Shown here: piece after piece, positions 1 to 18,616 of the stretch
Position numbering within the stretch: the stretch's first letter is position 1
How the letters are laid out: every line of letters starts with the position of its first letter
Assembly: GCA_002269645.1 (NCBI GenBank)
Contig: NIVC01000099.1
Span: 744,001-808,000, forward strand
DNA from: Macrostomum lignano
Lineage: Eukaryota
Length of the DNA: 64,000 bases
Direction of reading: 5' to 3'
The notes under the pieces: model-generated
What the model was told of the DNA's origin: nothing
What the model saw: only the letters and a program-made list of their open reading frames with translations
Databases searched by the model: none
Program-made: the position numbers and the translations under genes

Positions 1-717
1 TAATATTCTTAACGCTAAAATTTAAGAGTGCCGCATGTGCATTCACTGGACAATCTAATTTGATTAATCTTAATTCAAATCTAATTCAATCTAATTTAAT
101 ATAATTTTGGACTATAGCCTAAGACTATCTAGTTTCAACTAAGAATTACCCCTAAAATCGCCCTAAAAGTTTGATCCCTAAATGGTCTTATGAATTGCGC
201 CCCAAAGCTGCCCGAAAAATATTACTATAGTCAAATAGTGCCTTATTACTGATATTCGAGCTTCTGAAATGAAACGGTAATTATAGGCCGGAGCCAAAAG
301 ATTGACATTAACATTTGACTATCAACGTGAACTATTTGACTGCTGTTGCCTCGCAGTAAAAGGCTCGGCGGTCAAAATAATGTCAGTCAAATGTTGATGA
401 CCCGAACAGCGGTGTTTTTAGTACATGTGATACATCATTTACATGCGCATTAGAAACTAAAAGCTAAAATTAAAGAGAATGAGTGAGACGCGTTGAGTAG
501 AAAGCTGCAGTAGCTCCATGACTAATCAGTAACAACTTACCTTCATGTAATTAAGCAGCAGTTACTCGATAGCTAGTACTATGTAAATGCAAGGACATGT
601 ACAATGCAGCATGCAGTCGCAGTATTGTATAGCTAGGCTAGGCTCCATCTTGATCTATACATGTAATGTGAGTGGGATCTTTTTAAACCCCGTGGAAGGT
701 AGCTCGTAGATCCAGTG

Positions 718-881
718 CATGGCGTACGCAGGGAGGGGGGGGGGCGGGGGGCCGCAGCCCCTGGGGCAAATCGCCCGCCAAAAAATTACGCCCCCCAGAA
801 TGGCGTCCCCATGGACACCCAATATTGTCACCCCTAAGGATTGCCCCCCCCCCCCAGTATAAAATCCCGCGTACGCCATTG
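718..881. mobile_element. Short MITE-like element with 11-bp terminal inverted repeats
   Basis: ATGGCGTACGC (719-729) is the reverse complement of GCGTACGCCAT (869-879). The interior is GC-rich with G-runs at the left and C-runs at the right, in AT-rich flanks. No TSD is evident. Confidence 0.55.
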
Positions 882-1190
882 AGATAGATTACGAACTATG
901 AAGTAATATTTACTGTATATCTTGCATCTTCTCTAATATCGTCAGATCTAGTTCCTGTGGATATCGCATGAAACAGTTGCAGTCGTGCGCAATATTGGGT
1001 CTACAAGACGATAACAATAGTCCATAATGCCGGATTTGATGTGTAAGATGTGTAAACTAGTCATATTAAAATCAATTCCTGACTGCATCATTCCATCGCC
1101 ATAGAACTAGGTGTTTAGTAGTGTTTGTGTAGGGGAATTCAGGAACTACTGAGGTATATGACGTTATGTACGCTCGTATACATGTACATC

Positions 1191-1895
1191 CCAAGGACGA
1201 CTTAAGTAGAAGGACGGGAAACCTCGTTTCTTAGAAAAGTTTTGAAGGCACTTTTTCCCTAAAAAATACACTACGGAGATAGGAAGTTTTCATTTTTTCA
1301 GCACAAAAATCGTTATTGCGTTTGATAGGAGGCAGATCCAGTGTTCATCTTTTGATATGTTGTGCCTTTTTTATTGCTCTATCGATATTTATAAAGCTTT
1401 TCGTTCAGAAAATTAGGATTCTATGTTAATTTTTTATTCTACGTATATTTCCTGGATCTAAAAATCACAAAAATGCATGACACAGCTCCAATATTTGGTT
1501 TTATGAACCTATTTTATCATCTCTGTTACAAATATTTGCTACACAGTCGGGTAAGAATGATAAAAAAGACTCATGAAGCTAAAGAGCCGAGCCGTGGCAT
1601 TCTAATGTATTGTATTTCAAGCACAAGACACGCGAAAATATACGTAGAATAAAAAATTAACATAGAATCCTAATTTTCTGAACGAAAAGCTTTATAAATA
1701 TCGATAGAGCAATAAAAAAGGCACAACATATCAAAAGATCAACACTGGATCTGCCTCCTATCAAACGCAATAACAATTTTTGTGCTGAAAAAATGAAAAC
1801 TTCCTATCTCCGTAGTGTATTTTTTCGGGAGAAAGTGCCTTCAAAACTTTTCTAAGAAACGAGGTTTCCCGTCCTTCTACTTAAGTCGTCCTTGG
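1191..1895. mobile_element. Foldback / long-TIR non-autonomous DNA transposon with 6-bp TSD
   Basis: Near-identical inverted arms of about 260 bp (1191-1450 and 1636-1895) surround a ~185-bp spacer. Termini are CCAAGG...CCTTGG. TACATC is directly repeated on both sides (1185-1190, 1896-1901). Confidence 0.85.
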
Positions 1896-3439
1896 TACAT
1901 CCGGGGTCCAATTTTAAAGTTCAATTTTTCATTAGAGATTTCAACCGATAGACAAACAATTTTCATTATAGGCCCTCTGATTTATAACAGAAAATGTAGT
2001 TTTAAGACTCCAGCTCTTATCCCTCAAAATCCAGCTCAATTTCCCGTCTCAATTCTCTGATCGTGACACTTCGCCTTTGTTAATATTTTTTTCTTTGATT
2101 GTTCCGGTTCTCAATTCCACTGTTTGATTTGAATGCAATGAAATTTTGTGCTTGATCGTGACCTTCTTTTCTTTTCTCTTTCTGTATAATAGCCTAATAC
2201 AGAATACTATAAAAATATAATAATCAAGATACGAGTAAGAAGTCTTTGAAGTCTAGGAATATTTACCCTTGTGGTTTTTATGAACTAGATATTTTAGCAT
2301 TATCAATGGGCCTTTTCATATTGCTTGTTCGGTTACAGAACCAGAACCAATTTGTGAAGTATAACTTTTTGTCTCCATAACTAGAGGGAGATACGTGCTA
2401 TAAAGTTTTTATTATTGAATGACAATCGCCAAGAAGAAAGTGAAAAATTGTGCTAAGTGAGGTTGCTAAGGCAGTTAAACATTCAACAGAATTAAATAGT
2501 TATACTGCTGTTTTTCTTGGAAGATCCGAACCGATTCTGATTCTGGAATTGGTAATATGAAAAGCCTCAAAATGTCTATTTGTCTGGTATTAACCGGATG
2601 AATAGGAAAGCATAGTCAGCATCCAGTAACCGGACAAATAACCACATCGCTATTCGTCCGGTCACCGGACAAATAACAACTGCCTTTATGGCATTATATG
2701 CCTATGCCTATGCCTATGCCTAGGCCTATGCCTATATATGTCCACGAATCCCATGATGTACTAGGCCTATGGCTATGCGTATGCATATATCGTTTTTCTT
2801 TGATGTAGCAGTTAATTTGTAGCAGTTAAGTCTACAATGCAGATCAGCAGCCAATTTCATAAGCCTACCTAGTTTATAGGCCTAGCCGCCTAGTCTAAAT
2901 TAGTACTTTAATTGGCTCAGGTTGTGCTTTGCAAAGGCCAGTCAAACCCTAGGCCTATGCGCCTATTGATTGGTAGCCTAGGCTAAGCCCTAATGAGGTA
3001 GGCAGTAAGAGGGTGTAGAATTAGGAAGGCAAAAAAGGCCAGATGGCTTAAGGCCCTGCAAGCAGAAGAGGGACAAAGGGTGAAAAGAAGTGTGAAAGTG
3101 GCTGCTGACTGCAAAGCATAGGCCTATATTTATAAGGTATCTGCCTAAGCAAGATAACAATTGATAACAAACTTAATTTAAGAACCAGACAAACCCTCCC
3201 AGGTGCAATTCATAAATAAATCATTAAAATATTGTGCTAGAATACTATAAAGCCAATTTGTATATATACAGGATAGGAACTTCTGGACTTCTTCAAGTTT
3301 ATATTGATAAATTAGTTGCAATTTTAACAGGAGCATAATTTTGTCTCTATAGGGATTTTTGATGGTGCTGATTTCAAATTTAAGCTTCATTTTTTTATAG
3401 CTTCAAACCAACTATATGTAGGCGCTTAAAACCAACTAC

Positions 3440-3885
3440 CAGGAGCTGGGACACAGGGAATAAGGGGTTTTAGGGTGGGGAGATTCTTCATGGGGATTAA
3501 TTTTATCAACATAAACTTGGATATAGGCATGGAGACCTATTCAAGATGGTATTGATAAATTCTAGACTCAGTAGAGGGATAGACCCTACCAAAACTGTAA
3601 AAGGTCAATGACAAAACACTAGGCCTAGGGCATAAGGAATGGGATAAGGGTTTTTAAGATAAAGGATTCTATATAGGGGTTGATTTTATCAACATAAACT
3701 TGAATAGAGGCATAGAAACCTATTCAAAATGATGTTAATAAATTCCAAACTCAAGGAAAGAGGGATTGATCCTTACAAAAAAGGTAAATGACCAACTATT
3801 GGGGCATAGAATGGGATAAAATGTTTTTGGGTAGGGGATTCTTCATGGAGATTGATTTTATCAATGCAAACTTAAATATTAGACA
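3440..3885. repeat. Diverged ~170-185-bp tandem repeat (about 2.4 copies)
   Basis: GATTCT...TTTTATCAA blocks start at 3482, 3665 and 3837. Confidence 0.75.
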
Positions 3886-4585
3886 TTTATAAAATGATTA
3901 ATTATTTATATCACTAAATCATTTGGCAAGAGGTATTAATGTCAACCACAATGGCAAAGGTAGCAACAAATCACAATGCAGGAGACAATAATATTGTCGC
4001 ACATCATAGATGTGGCAAATTAAAAAAAGAGAAAACTGTGATGAGGCAATTATTTGACATTATAGCAAAACTCAATACCAAATTTGATAAAGTCATTTGT
4101 ATTCACTATATATTATAATTGGAAAATGATGAATATTTTTTGTGATTTCTTAATTTTATATTTACAAAAAAGTTTACTTTTTTGTTTTGAAAAATATTCA
4201 TTTTTAAATACAAATTTCATTGAAACAATTTTTATTGAAATCTCATTGACACCATAGTCAATTAATAAACTGAGGTTGCATCACCACAGAATATAGTTTT
4301 TGGGGGATTTTTTTGCTTTTTTATCATTTTGGACATCCACCAAGTGTCTGGTGAAAATTTCAAAAAACAGAAGTATTTTATCAACATAAACTTTTATCAA
4401 CATAAAGTCCAAACTTCTTTATGAGATTGAGAAATAGTATGATATGCATGAAATAAAAATGAAATAGTATAATAAATTCATATTAGGCAACAAATACAAA
4501 GGTAACATAAGTGCAATATTAGGTAATGTAGCTTGCTTGGCAAGTAAAATAAAGAGAAATCCAAAAATCAACATGTGGTTTTTTT

Positions 4586-4619
4586 CGACGCATTTCGTAC
4601 ACCAAGGTGCATCATCAGG
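4586..4619 (-). ncRNA. Degenerate minimal hammerhead ribozyme-like motif of a Penelope-like element
   Basis: Minus strand reads CTGATGA-tgcacc-tt-ggtgta-c-GAAA-tgcGTC, i.e. core CUGAnGA, a stem II hairpin, GAAA and a GUC triplet. It lies ~200 bp downstream of the GIY-YIG ORF on the same strand. Stem I is poor. Confidence 0.45.
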
Positions 4620-4813
4620 TATATTGTTTTAAATGAAAGGTGTGAGTAAGCAAATTTATAAATTATTTGACCATGAAATATATATAGCTGGTGAGTAAGT
4701 ATTTTGTATATACAAAATAGTAAGAGGTTGATAGTCCATAGGGTGGGGTGAAGACCAATAGGCAGAAAACAAAATATAATTGAATGAGCACTAGTTACAA
4801 GGTCAGTGCTCTC

Positions 4814-5100
4814 TCACTCAGAATACACGGAGAACATGGCCTGCATCACTGTGTTGGAGTTGTGTATTAAGGGTAGGCGACTGGTTTTTATGTACAAGGC
4901 TTCTAAGATCTTGAGCTTGTGATCAGATGGGCATTGATCAATGATTTCAAAACATTCTTCAGGTGTACAATTAGAGCAGCTATTACATTCCAAAAGGTGT
5001 GTTTGGATGGCCAACGGTTTGAGCCAGTGCTCCCTAGTTCTAGTGTGCAGGTGTCTTTTGGTCTTCCCCACGTAAGAGACGCTTTGGTCAACAGAGCAGT
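4814..5100 (-). mobile_element. Penelope-like retroelement remnant (GIY-YIG endonuclease domain)
   Basis: Translation NCSVDQSVSYVGKTKRHLHTRTREH...AIQTHLLEC...FEIIDQCPSDHKLKILEALYIK matches the PLE GIY-YIG pattern (YVGxTxRxLxxRxxEH ... LEAxxI). No RT was found next to it. Confidence 0.85.
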
Positions 5101-5214
5101 TGAATTATTAATGTGCAATATTAATATATATTGTATAAAATATTAATAAAATAAAGCAAAGAAATACTAATAATGTACAATATACTTACAAAATAAAGAA
5201 ATATAATACTTGGT

Positions 5215-6100
5215 TTCTATCAAACATTGTCATAATGCCTTTGTTATTGGTCTTCATGGCATGGCAGTAAAGGCTTTTGGCCTTTTTCCTGAGTTTCCCC
5301 AGCTCTGGGTTTCACCATGGTACTAAAGTCTTGCCTTTGTAGGTATAAACAAGGTAGGCCACTTCATAGGCTGCAATAATATAACCTGTCAACATCTTGG
5401 CCATATGGTCTATATCTTTGCAAGTTTTAATTGGATATAAGTCTGTGAGTTCTTGCAGATGCAGATCAAGGGTAGCCTTATAGGCTGCTCAATCAGTGTT
5501 GTTAATATTACACTTCCAAGTCATCAAGAACTAGGGTTTAATTAAAGGCAACAAGGCAATGGTCAGATAGAAAGGGCTCCTAAGACTAGACTCTCCACCC
5601 CTTGACTCTGTCAAAGAGTCTTGGGGTAATGAGTATGGCATTAAAGACCTCAGTCTATCTGTCATTGTTAAAAGTAAGAGTGCTACTACAATTGCAGAGC
5701 ATGAGGTTTGTATTAGAGATAAGGGCCAAGGGCTTCTCCCTTCTAGTATTGGCGTCTTTGTTGCCTCAGTGCTTATGGTGTACATTGTGCATTGAGGTTT
5801 CCCCCTAATCACAGCTTGGCATTCTGGGACTTGCAATACAGTGCAAGGTGTAGTAGACTCTTAGGTGCCGGGTCTCTGTTGCCTAGAATATAGATTAAGG
5901 AAACAAGACATGCGGAAAGAGATAATTAGATTGGATGACATAGAAGTCTCCATCTAAGAGATAAGTCTTTAGCCAAGCCTGGAGATGGCTGGCAGCAAGG
6001 ATAGCCACTCTAGGGTGGCTATTCCCTAGGCCGCATACAAAAATCAGTGTAGTTAGAAAGAATGTTTGGCAATTTACTGTTGCATATCCAGGGACCAGGT
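5215..6100 (-). mobile_element. Degraded non-LTR retrotransposon ORF2 fragment (APE endonuclease plus linker; R1/LOA/I-like)
   Basis: Hand translation of the minus strand gives VIxG(N)LNA...H*G(N)KDANTR (~5788-5805 and on), TLTFNNDR*TEVFNAIL, GWRV*S*EPFLSDH (SDH at 5559-5567), TD*AAYKATL...IDHMAKMLTGYIIAAYEVA and VPW*NPELGKLRKKAK. There are several stops and a frameshift. The RT is absent, and 6100-7030 may be decayed ORF1 (not decoded). Confidence 0.8.
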
Positions 6101-8817
6101 TTCCTACATCAGGATCAGGATGATCTTCATCAGATTTATTGTGTCAGATATATAATGCTATAAATTAATTTGCAGACAGAATGTATGTTGCTCCTTTGGC
6201 AGCATGGAGCTTAGTCATACTATATTAAATGCAATAGCTGGCTAGAACCCTAGGCTATCAAGGAGACTTGGACAACAGTTCCTCCTTGTCCTAGGCCATT
6301 AGGGCTTGATGGGGATATGGGAGTTGGTTGATATCCATGGCCTCTTTACCCCTTACCAGCCCCCCTAGCAGATTCCTTGGGCTCCAATGACAAGATAGAG
6401 GTTTCTTCATTTGCATCTTTGCCCTTAGACCCTACCAGGGTGGCCGAGGTGAGCTTAGATTCTAAGGAGACCATTTGCAACCAGACTACTCCCTAGCCTT
6501 CTAGCCCATTGGCATGTTCAACACCTTAGGCATTAGAGGATATGTTGAGCAGTACCATGGCCTGCAGACTGGCAAGCCAGACTAGCATATCCAAGTTCAG
6601 CAAGAGCCACTAGATGGGTCAACAACACTGGAGCCCAGTCTGTCTAGCAGCCCTAGGGTCTACTTTGAACACTTATGGGGATGGGTACCCCTGGGTTGGC
6701 TTGCAAGGCAATGTAGTGAGGGGGCAGTGGCAAATAGAAGGTGCAGACCTCCCACTAGCCTTAACCTACTAAAGATAAAGGTAAGTGTGGAGCATCGTAG
6801 ACCTTAGCCCTTGGGCCTAGTCAGTCTTATACTTCATTGGCATCCTAAATATGCCTTGCAAGCTAAGCAAGGTCCAGCAAACCTTGTCTAACAGGTCTAG
6901 CAAGCTATTGACATGGTACTAGTCTAGTTAGATTATCCCTCTAGCCTATTAGACCAGTAGCTAATTCCTATGCATAGCATTCATGTTGAGTGGCTTGGCA
7001 CCAGTAGCTATATCATTCTAGAGAATTATGAGTTGCTTCTTCATCACCATTGGGTAATATCTTAATTAAAATGTTAACTTCTGTTAATGGAAGTGTTAAC
7101 TTACTTATTAACTCTTAATTTCATTAAGTTGACTGAAAATGAAAGTAAACTGATATTCATTATTAAGCATTATTATGTTAATGTTAATACAACATACAAG
7201 AATGTTGCATTTTTTATAAAACTGAAAAAATGCACTGTTTTTGCTTTTCCATTTTTGTCAGCCAATGTAAAGATATGGAGACATCATCCAATCAATTTAC
7301 AATTTATTTAGTAACAAATAATAGCAAAACTTATATATAAAAGACTACTAAAAGTAGTATAAAGTAATAGAAAATAACTTTTTTGCATATTTGGTCTCAT
7401 AGGCATTGTAATTAATGTCAGCAATGTTTTTTTGTTAACTAACAAAATTAATGACTTAAATTTGTTAATCTATTGGTGCAAAAAATCTTAATGCTTTTTA
7501 AGGCTTATTAACAGACTGGTGTCCAACACTGAGAAGATAATGAAAGGATATCTAGGAAGCCTACAAGATTGCATCAAATGTATTGTCCAGGTTGGCCATC
7601 AATATATGGCTCTCAAAAGTATATGCTGATTTCACTAGGTAATAAAATAAGAGTTAGAGCTGGTTGTCTATTAGCCATATTGACAGATAAATATTAAAAT
7701 ATTTGATCAATACGCTCGTATTACAATAAAAAAGATAGGCCAAAGTCTATAGAATGTACTATAATAGTTTAAAGGACCATTTGAAAAAAAAATGGAAAAT
7801 AAAAGTAACATATTAATAAAAAACTTACTAGATATTTTATTGACCAAAACATAATACTAGACTATTATTTATGATCTATTCTAATAGCTGACAATCATGG
7901 CAGTTAAAAATGCAAAGAAAATAATTTTGCAAAAGAAACCACAGCATTGATATCCAGGCAATAGGGCATATCAATATCATAGGCTATGATTTATAACATA
8001 GATAGGACCAAGGACCTTGATGTTTTATTATATAGCTTTATAGAACAGATACAGCTTGATATCATTTTTATATCTTGGTCATGAATTCTTGAATCTACCT
8101 TCTTTAAGTTTTGTTTAATAATAGACTTGGAAGTTGAAAATTTGATAGATCTTTCTTATTATTTATATTGTTAAATATAAATAATAATTTAATAATTAAT
8201 AATTAATCTTGAGCTATGGACATATGGTAGTAAAGTATTAATGTAGCATCTATAATCTATATCATTAAGAAAAAATTGGCAAATAATTACAATTTTGGTG
8301 CATACTTAGGTTTTTTAGTGAACAATTGACCATCCCTAAAATCATTTTATTGTACACTTGCCATGTTCCTCATTATGGGGCCTAGCCTAGGCATATCTAT
8401 AGGGTCTAATTAATATATGTGGAGCCAAGCTAATAATGATATATTAATATTGTAGTTAATATTTGTAATAAATAATTAGCAAGTTATTTAGAATATATTA
8501 GTAGGACATATTAATTATATTATAATTTTAGGGTTATGTTTCAAATTTGAAATATGTTGGGTATTGTAAACACTTATTATGGTCATATACAAAGTACAAT
8601 TCAAGCTGTGCTTTGGGCATTCAGCATGATCAGATGAAATATGAAAACAATTTCTTATTTTATCCTTGTCCCAACTATAATTTAACAAGCCATTCTACTT
8701 GAAATCAATTTGCTAACCTTTATGGAAGTTTTGTGATTACCTAAATGCTAAGATTGCAAAGTTGTAAGCATCTTATCACTAATTCTAATATATGGCAAAC
8801 CTTTTTTCAGACTTGAA

Positions 8818-15219
<6,402 letters not shown>

Positions 15220-15371
15220 TTGACTTGTTACAAATATGACTCTCAGCTCTTAGTTGTACACTCCTAACTTGAGCCACTGTTTTACTGTGATCTGCCTTCG
15301 ATCTGGTAACAACTGTTGCAATTGGTATCTCTCCCTGCTGCCCAACTCCATCGGTACCCAAGTGTCACTTC

Positions 15372-16545
15372 CCCAGCTCCCCCCAGCATCACCTCTGTTC
15401 CCCAGCATCACCTCTGTTCCCCAGCGTCACCTCTGTTCCCCAGCATCACCTCTGTTCCCCAGCATCACCTCTGTTCCCCAGCGTCACCCCTGTGTCCCTG
15501 TGTCACCTCTGTTCCCCAGCATCACCTCTGTTCCCCAGCGTCACCTCTGTTCCCCAGCATCACCTCTGTTCCCCAGCGTCACCTCTGTTCCCCAGCATCA
15601 CCTCTGTTCCCCAGCGTCACCCCTGTGTCCCTGTGTCACCTCTGTTCCCCAGCGTCACCTCTGTTCCCCAGCATCACCTCTGTTCCCCAGCGTCACCCCT
15701 GTGTCCCTGTGTCACCTCTGTTCCCCAGCATCACCTCTGTTCCCCAGCGTCACCTCTGTTTCCCAGCATCACCTCTGTTCCCCAGCGTCACCTCTGTTCC
15801 CCAGCATCACCTCTGTTCCCCAGCGTCACCCCTGTGTCCCTGTGTCACCTCTGTTCCCCAGCGTCACCTCTGTTCCCCAGCATCACCTCTGTTCCCCAGC
15901 GTCACCCCTGTGTCCCTGTGTCACCTCTGTTCCCCAGCATCACCTCTGTTCCCCAGCATCACCTCTGTTCCCCAGCGTCACCCCTGTGTCCCTGTGTCAC
16001 CTCTGTTCCCCAGCATCACCTCTGTTCCCCAGCGTCACCTCTGTTCCCCAGCATCACCTCTGTTCCCCAGCGTCACCTCTGTTCCCCAGCATCACCTCTG
16101 TTCCCCAGCGTCACCCCTGTGTCCCTGTGTCACCTCTGTTCCCCAGCGTCACCTCTGTTCCCCAGCGTCACCCCTGTGTCCCTGTGTCGCCTCTGTTCCC
16201 CAGCGTCACCCCTGTGTCCCTGTGTCGCCTCTGTTCCCCAGCATCACCTCTGTTCCCCAGCATCACCCTGTGTCCCTGTGTCACCCCTGTTCCCCAGCGT
16301 CACCCCTGTTCCCCAGCGTCACCCCTGTGTCCCTGTGTCGCCTCTGTTCCCCAGCGTCACCCCTGTGTCCCTGTGTCGCCTCTGTTCCCCAGCGTCACCT
16401 CTGTTCCCCAGCATCACCCTGTGTCCCTGTGTCACCCCTGTTCCCCAGCGTCACCCCTGTGTCCCTGTGTCACCCCTGTTCCCCAGCGTCACCCCTGTGT
16501 CCCTGTGTCACCTCTGTTCCCCAGCGTCACCCTGTGTCCTGTGTC
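15372..16545. repeat. 19-bp minisatellite with CCCTGTGTC variants, 3' of RNF121
   Basis: Unit CCCCAGC(A/G)TCACCTCTGTT. It explains the three overlapping long ORFs at 15254-16681. Confidence 0.95.
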
Positions 16546-17572
16546 GCTTTGGTTATCTGTGCTAAGTCAAATCCGCTACCATGATCATAATGTCCCGAAC
16601 CAGAGCCCGCACTGGCCTAGCAAAGATCAAAGCTTGCGCGGAGAACAGCACATCTGCCTGTTTTGCACGCGCATCTCGTAATTGCTATTCCTGTGTTTGC
16701 TTGACTGCATCAATATTAGTTTGAATTTATTGCTTGTCCTTGTTTCGTTTCGTTTAGTTTTGTTCTACTCGTCATGAAAGTCAATATACAGAATAGATTC
16801 GGTTTACAGATAGCACTACTACTGCAGTAATCATCTGTTATCGATGCTCTTTGTTTAGTTCCTTCTATAATTCCCCTTTTATTAATTTTCTGTTTTCCCC
16901 TGATCACATTCTATCTAATTGCTGTGTTATTATGCTGAGCCGTCAGCTATCAGCTAGCCAACAATGAGCAGTCGGCTATCAGCTAGACAATGAGCAGTCA
17001 GAGCTATCAGTTAGCCAACAATGAGCAGTCGCAGGTGATCCCAGGGAATTTATCAGATCGCTAAAGTGCAGCGGCTTTGTGCACCCGTGCGCTGTTAATT
17101 GTAGTCGTGTTGGCACCGTAGTCAGTAATGACAGTCGAATCTTATGTAAGGGACAGTAAGTCGGCACCTGGACTGTTGATCTATGTTTAGTAGAATAATT
17201 TTTATCGCTTCAGCTACCTGAACAAACCCAAGTGAGTCTGGATGCTGTTCATTATTTCTTCCAATTCGGTTCCCGTGCGCTTTGGAATGAGATTTTGCAC
17301 CTTAACTTAACTTGATGTGTTTTTTATTAAGGCCTTGCACGACTGTTATGTATTTGTTGTCCCTGTGTCCTAGTGAAATACTTAGTTAATTTATTATGTA
17401 TAAAAGTATTGATAGTCTGATTACTGATAGAATAAAATTGGCTGATATGAACTGCGCATGCTTGCAATACTTTTCCTTTCTTATTTACTTTTCATACATG
17501 TAATTACCTTCTCATTTGGGCTGAAGGATTTAAGGTGCTAGTAGGAAATCCGGTCTTACACTCTGAAATCCC

Positions 17573-18496
17573 CACTGCTACCTGAACACCCACTGCTACC
17601 TGAACTCCCCACTGCTACCTGAACTCCCCACTGCTGCCTGAACTCCCCACTGCTGCCTGAACTCCCCACTGCTACCTGAACTCCCCACTGCTACCTGAAC
17701 TCCCCACTGCTACCTGAACTCCCCACTGCTACCTGAACTCCCCACTGCTGCCTGAACTCCCCACTGCTGCCTGAACTCCCCACTGCTACCTGAACTCCCC
17801 ACTGCTACCTGAACTCCCCACTGCTACCTGAACTCCCCACTGCTACCTGAACTCCCCACTGCTGCCTGAACTCCCCACTGCTACCTGAACTCCCCACTGC
17901 TACCTGAACTCCCCACTGCTACCTGAACTCCCCACTGCTGCCTGAACTCCCCACTGCTACCTGAACTCCCCACTGCTGCCTGAACTCCCCACTGCTACCT
18001 GAACTCCCCACTGCTGCCTGAACTCCCCACTGCTGCCTGAACTCCCTACTGCTACCTTAACTCCCACTGCTGCCTGAACTCCCCACTGCTGCCTGAACTC
18101 CCCACTGCTACCTGAACTCCCCACTGCTACCTGAACTCCCCACTGCTGCCTGAACTCCCCACTGCTACCTGAACTCCCCACTGCTACCTGAACTCCCCAC
18201 TGCTACCTGAACTCTCAGTCACAAGCTGAACTCCCCACTGCTGCCTGAACTCTCACTGCTACCTGAACTCCCCACTGCTACCTGAACTCCCCACTGCTAC
18301 CTGAACTCTCAGTCACAAGCTGAACTCCCCACTTCTGCCTGAACTCCCCACTGCTGCCTGAACTCCCCACTGCTGCCTGAACTCCCCACTGCTACCTGAA
18401 CTCCCCACTGCTACCTAAACTCTCAGTCACAAGCTGAACTCCCCACTGCTGCCTGAACTCCCCACTGCTACCTGAACTCTCAGTCACAAGCTGAAC
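17573..18496. repeat. 19-bp minisatellite upstream of UBE2K
   Basis: Unit CTGCT(A/G)CCTGAACTCCCCA, about 48 copies. Confidence 0.95.
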
Positions 18497-18616
18497 TCAT
18501 TGATTACTATCAGTACTCCCCAGTACTCGTGGCTCCCGAGTTCCAACAGGCTGGTCGCACTGCGTCCGCTGCCCTGTGCCCTCAATGACCCCCTGGCTTT
18601 TCAGCCCCAAGCCGCC

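Noticed and set aside
6085-6140. Second hammerhead-like string on the minus strand (CTGATGA...GAAACCTGGTC)
   Set aside because: The stem II region does not pair cleanly, and it is not adjacent to the PLE remnant.
15254-16681. Long ORFs of 357-475 aa in three frames
   Set aside because: They are translations of a 19-bp minisatellite, and the frames cycle into one another.
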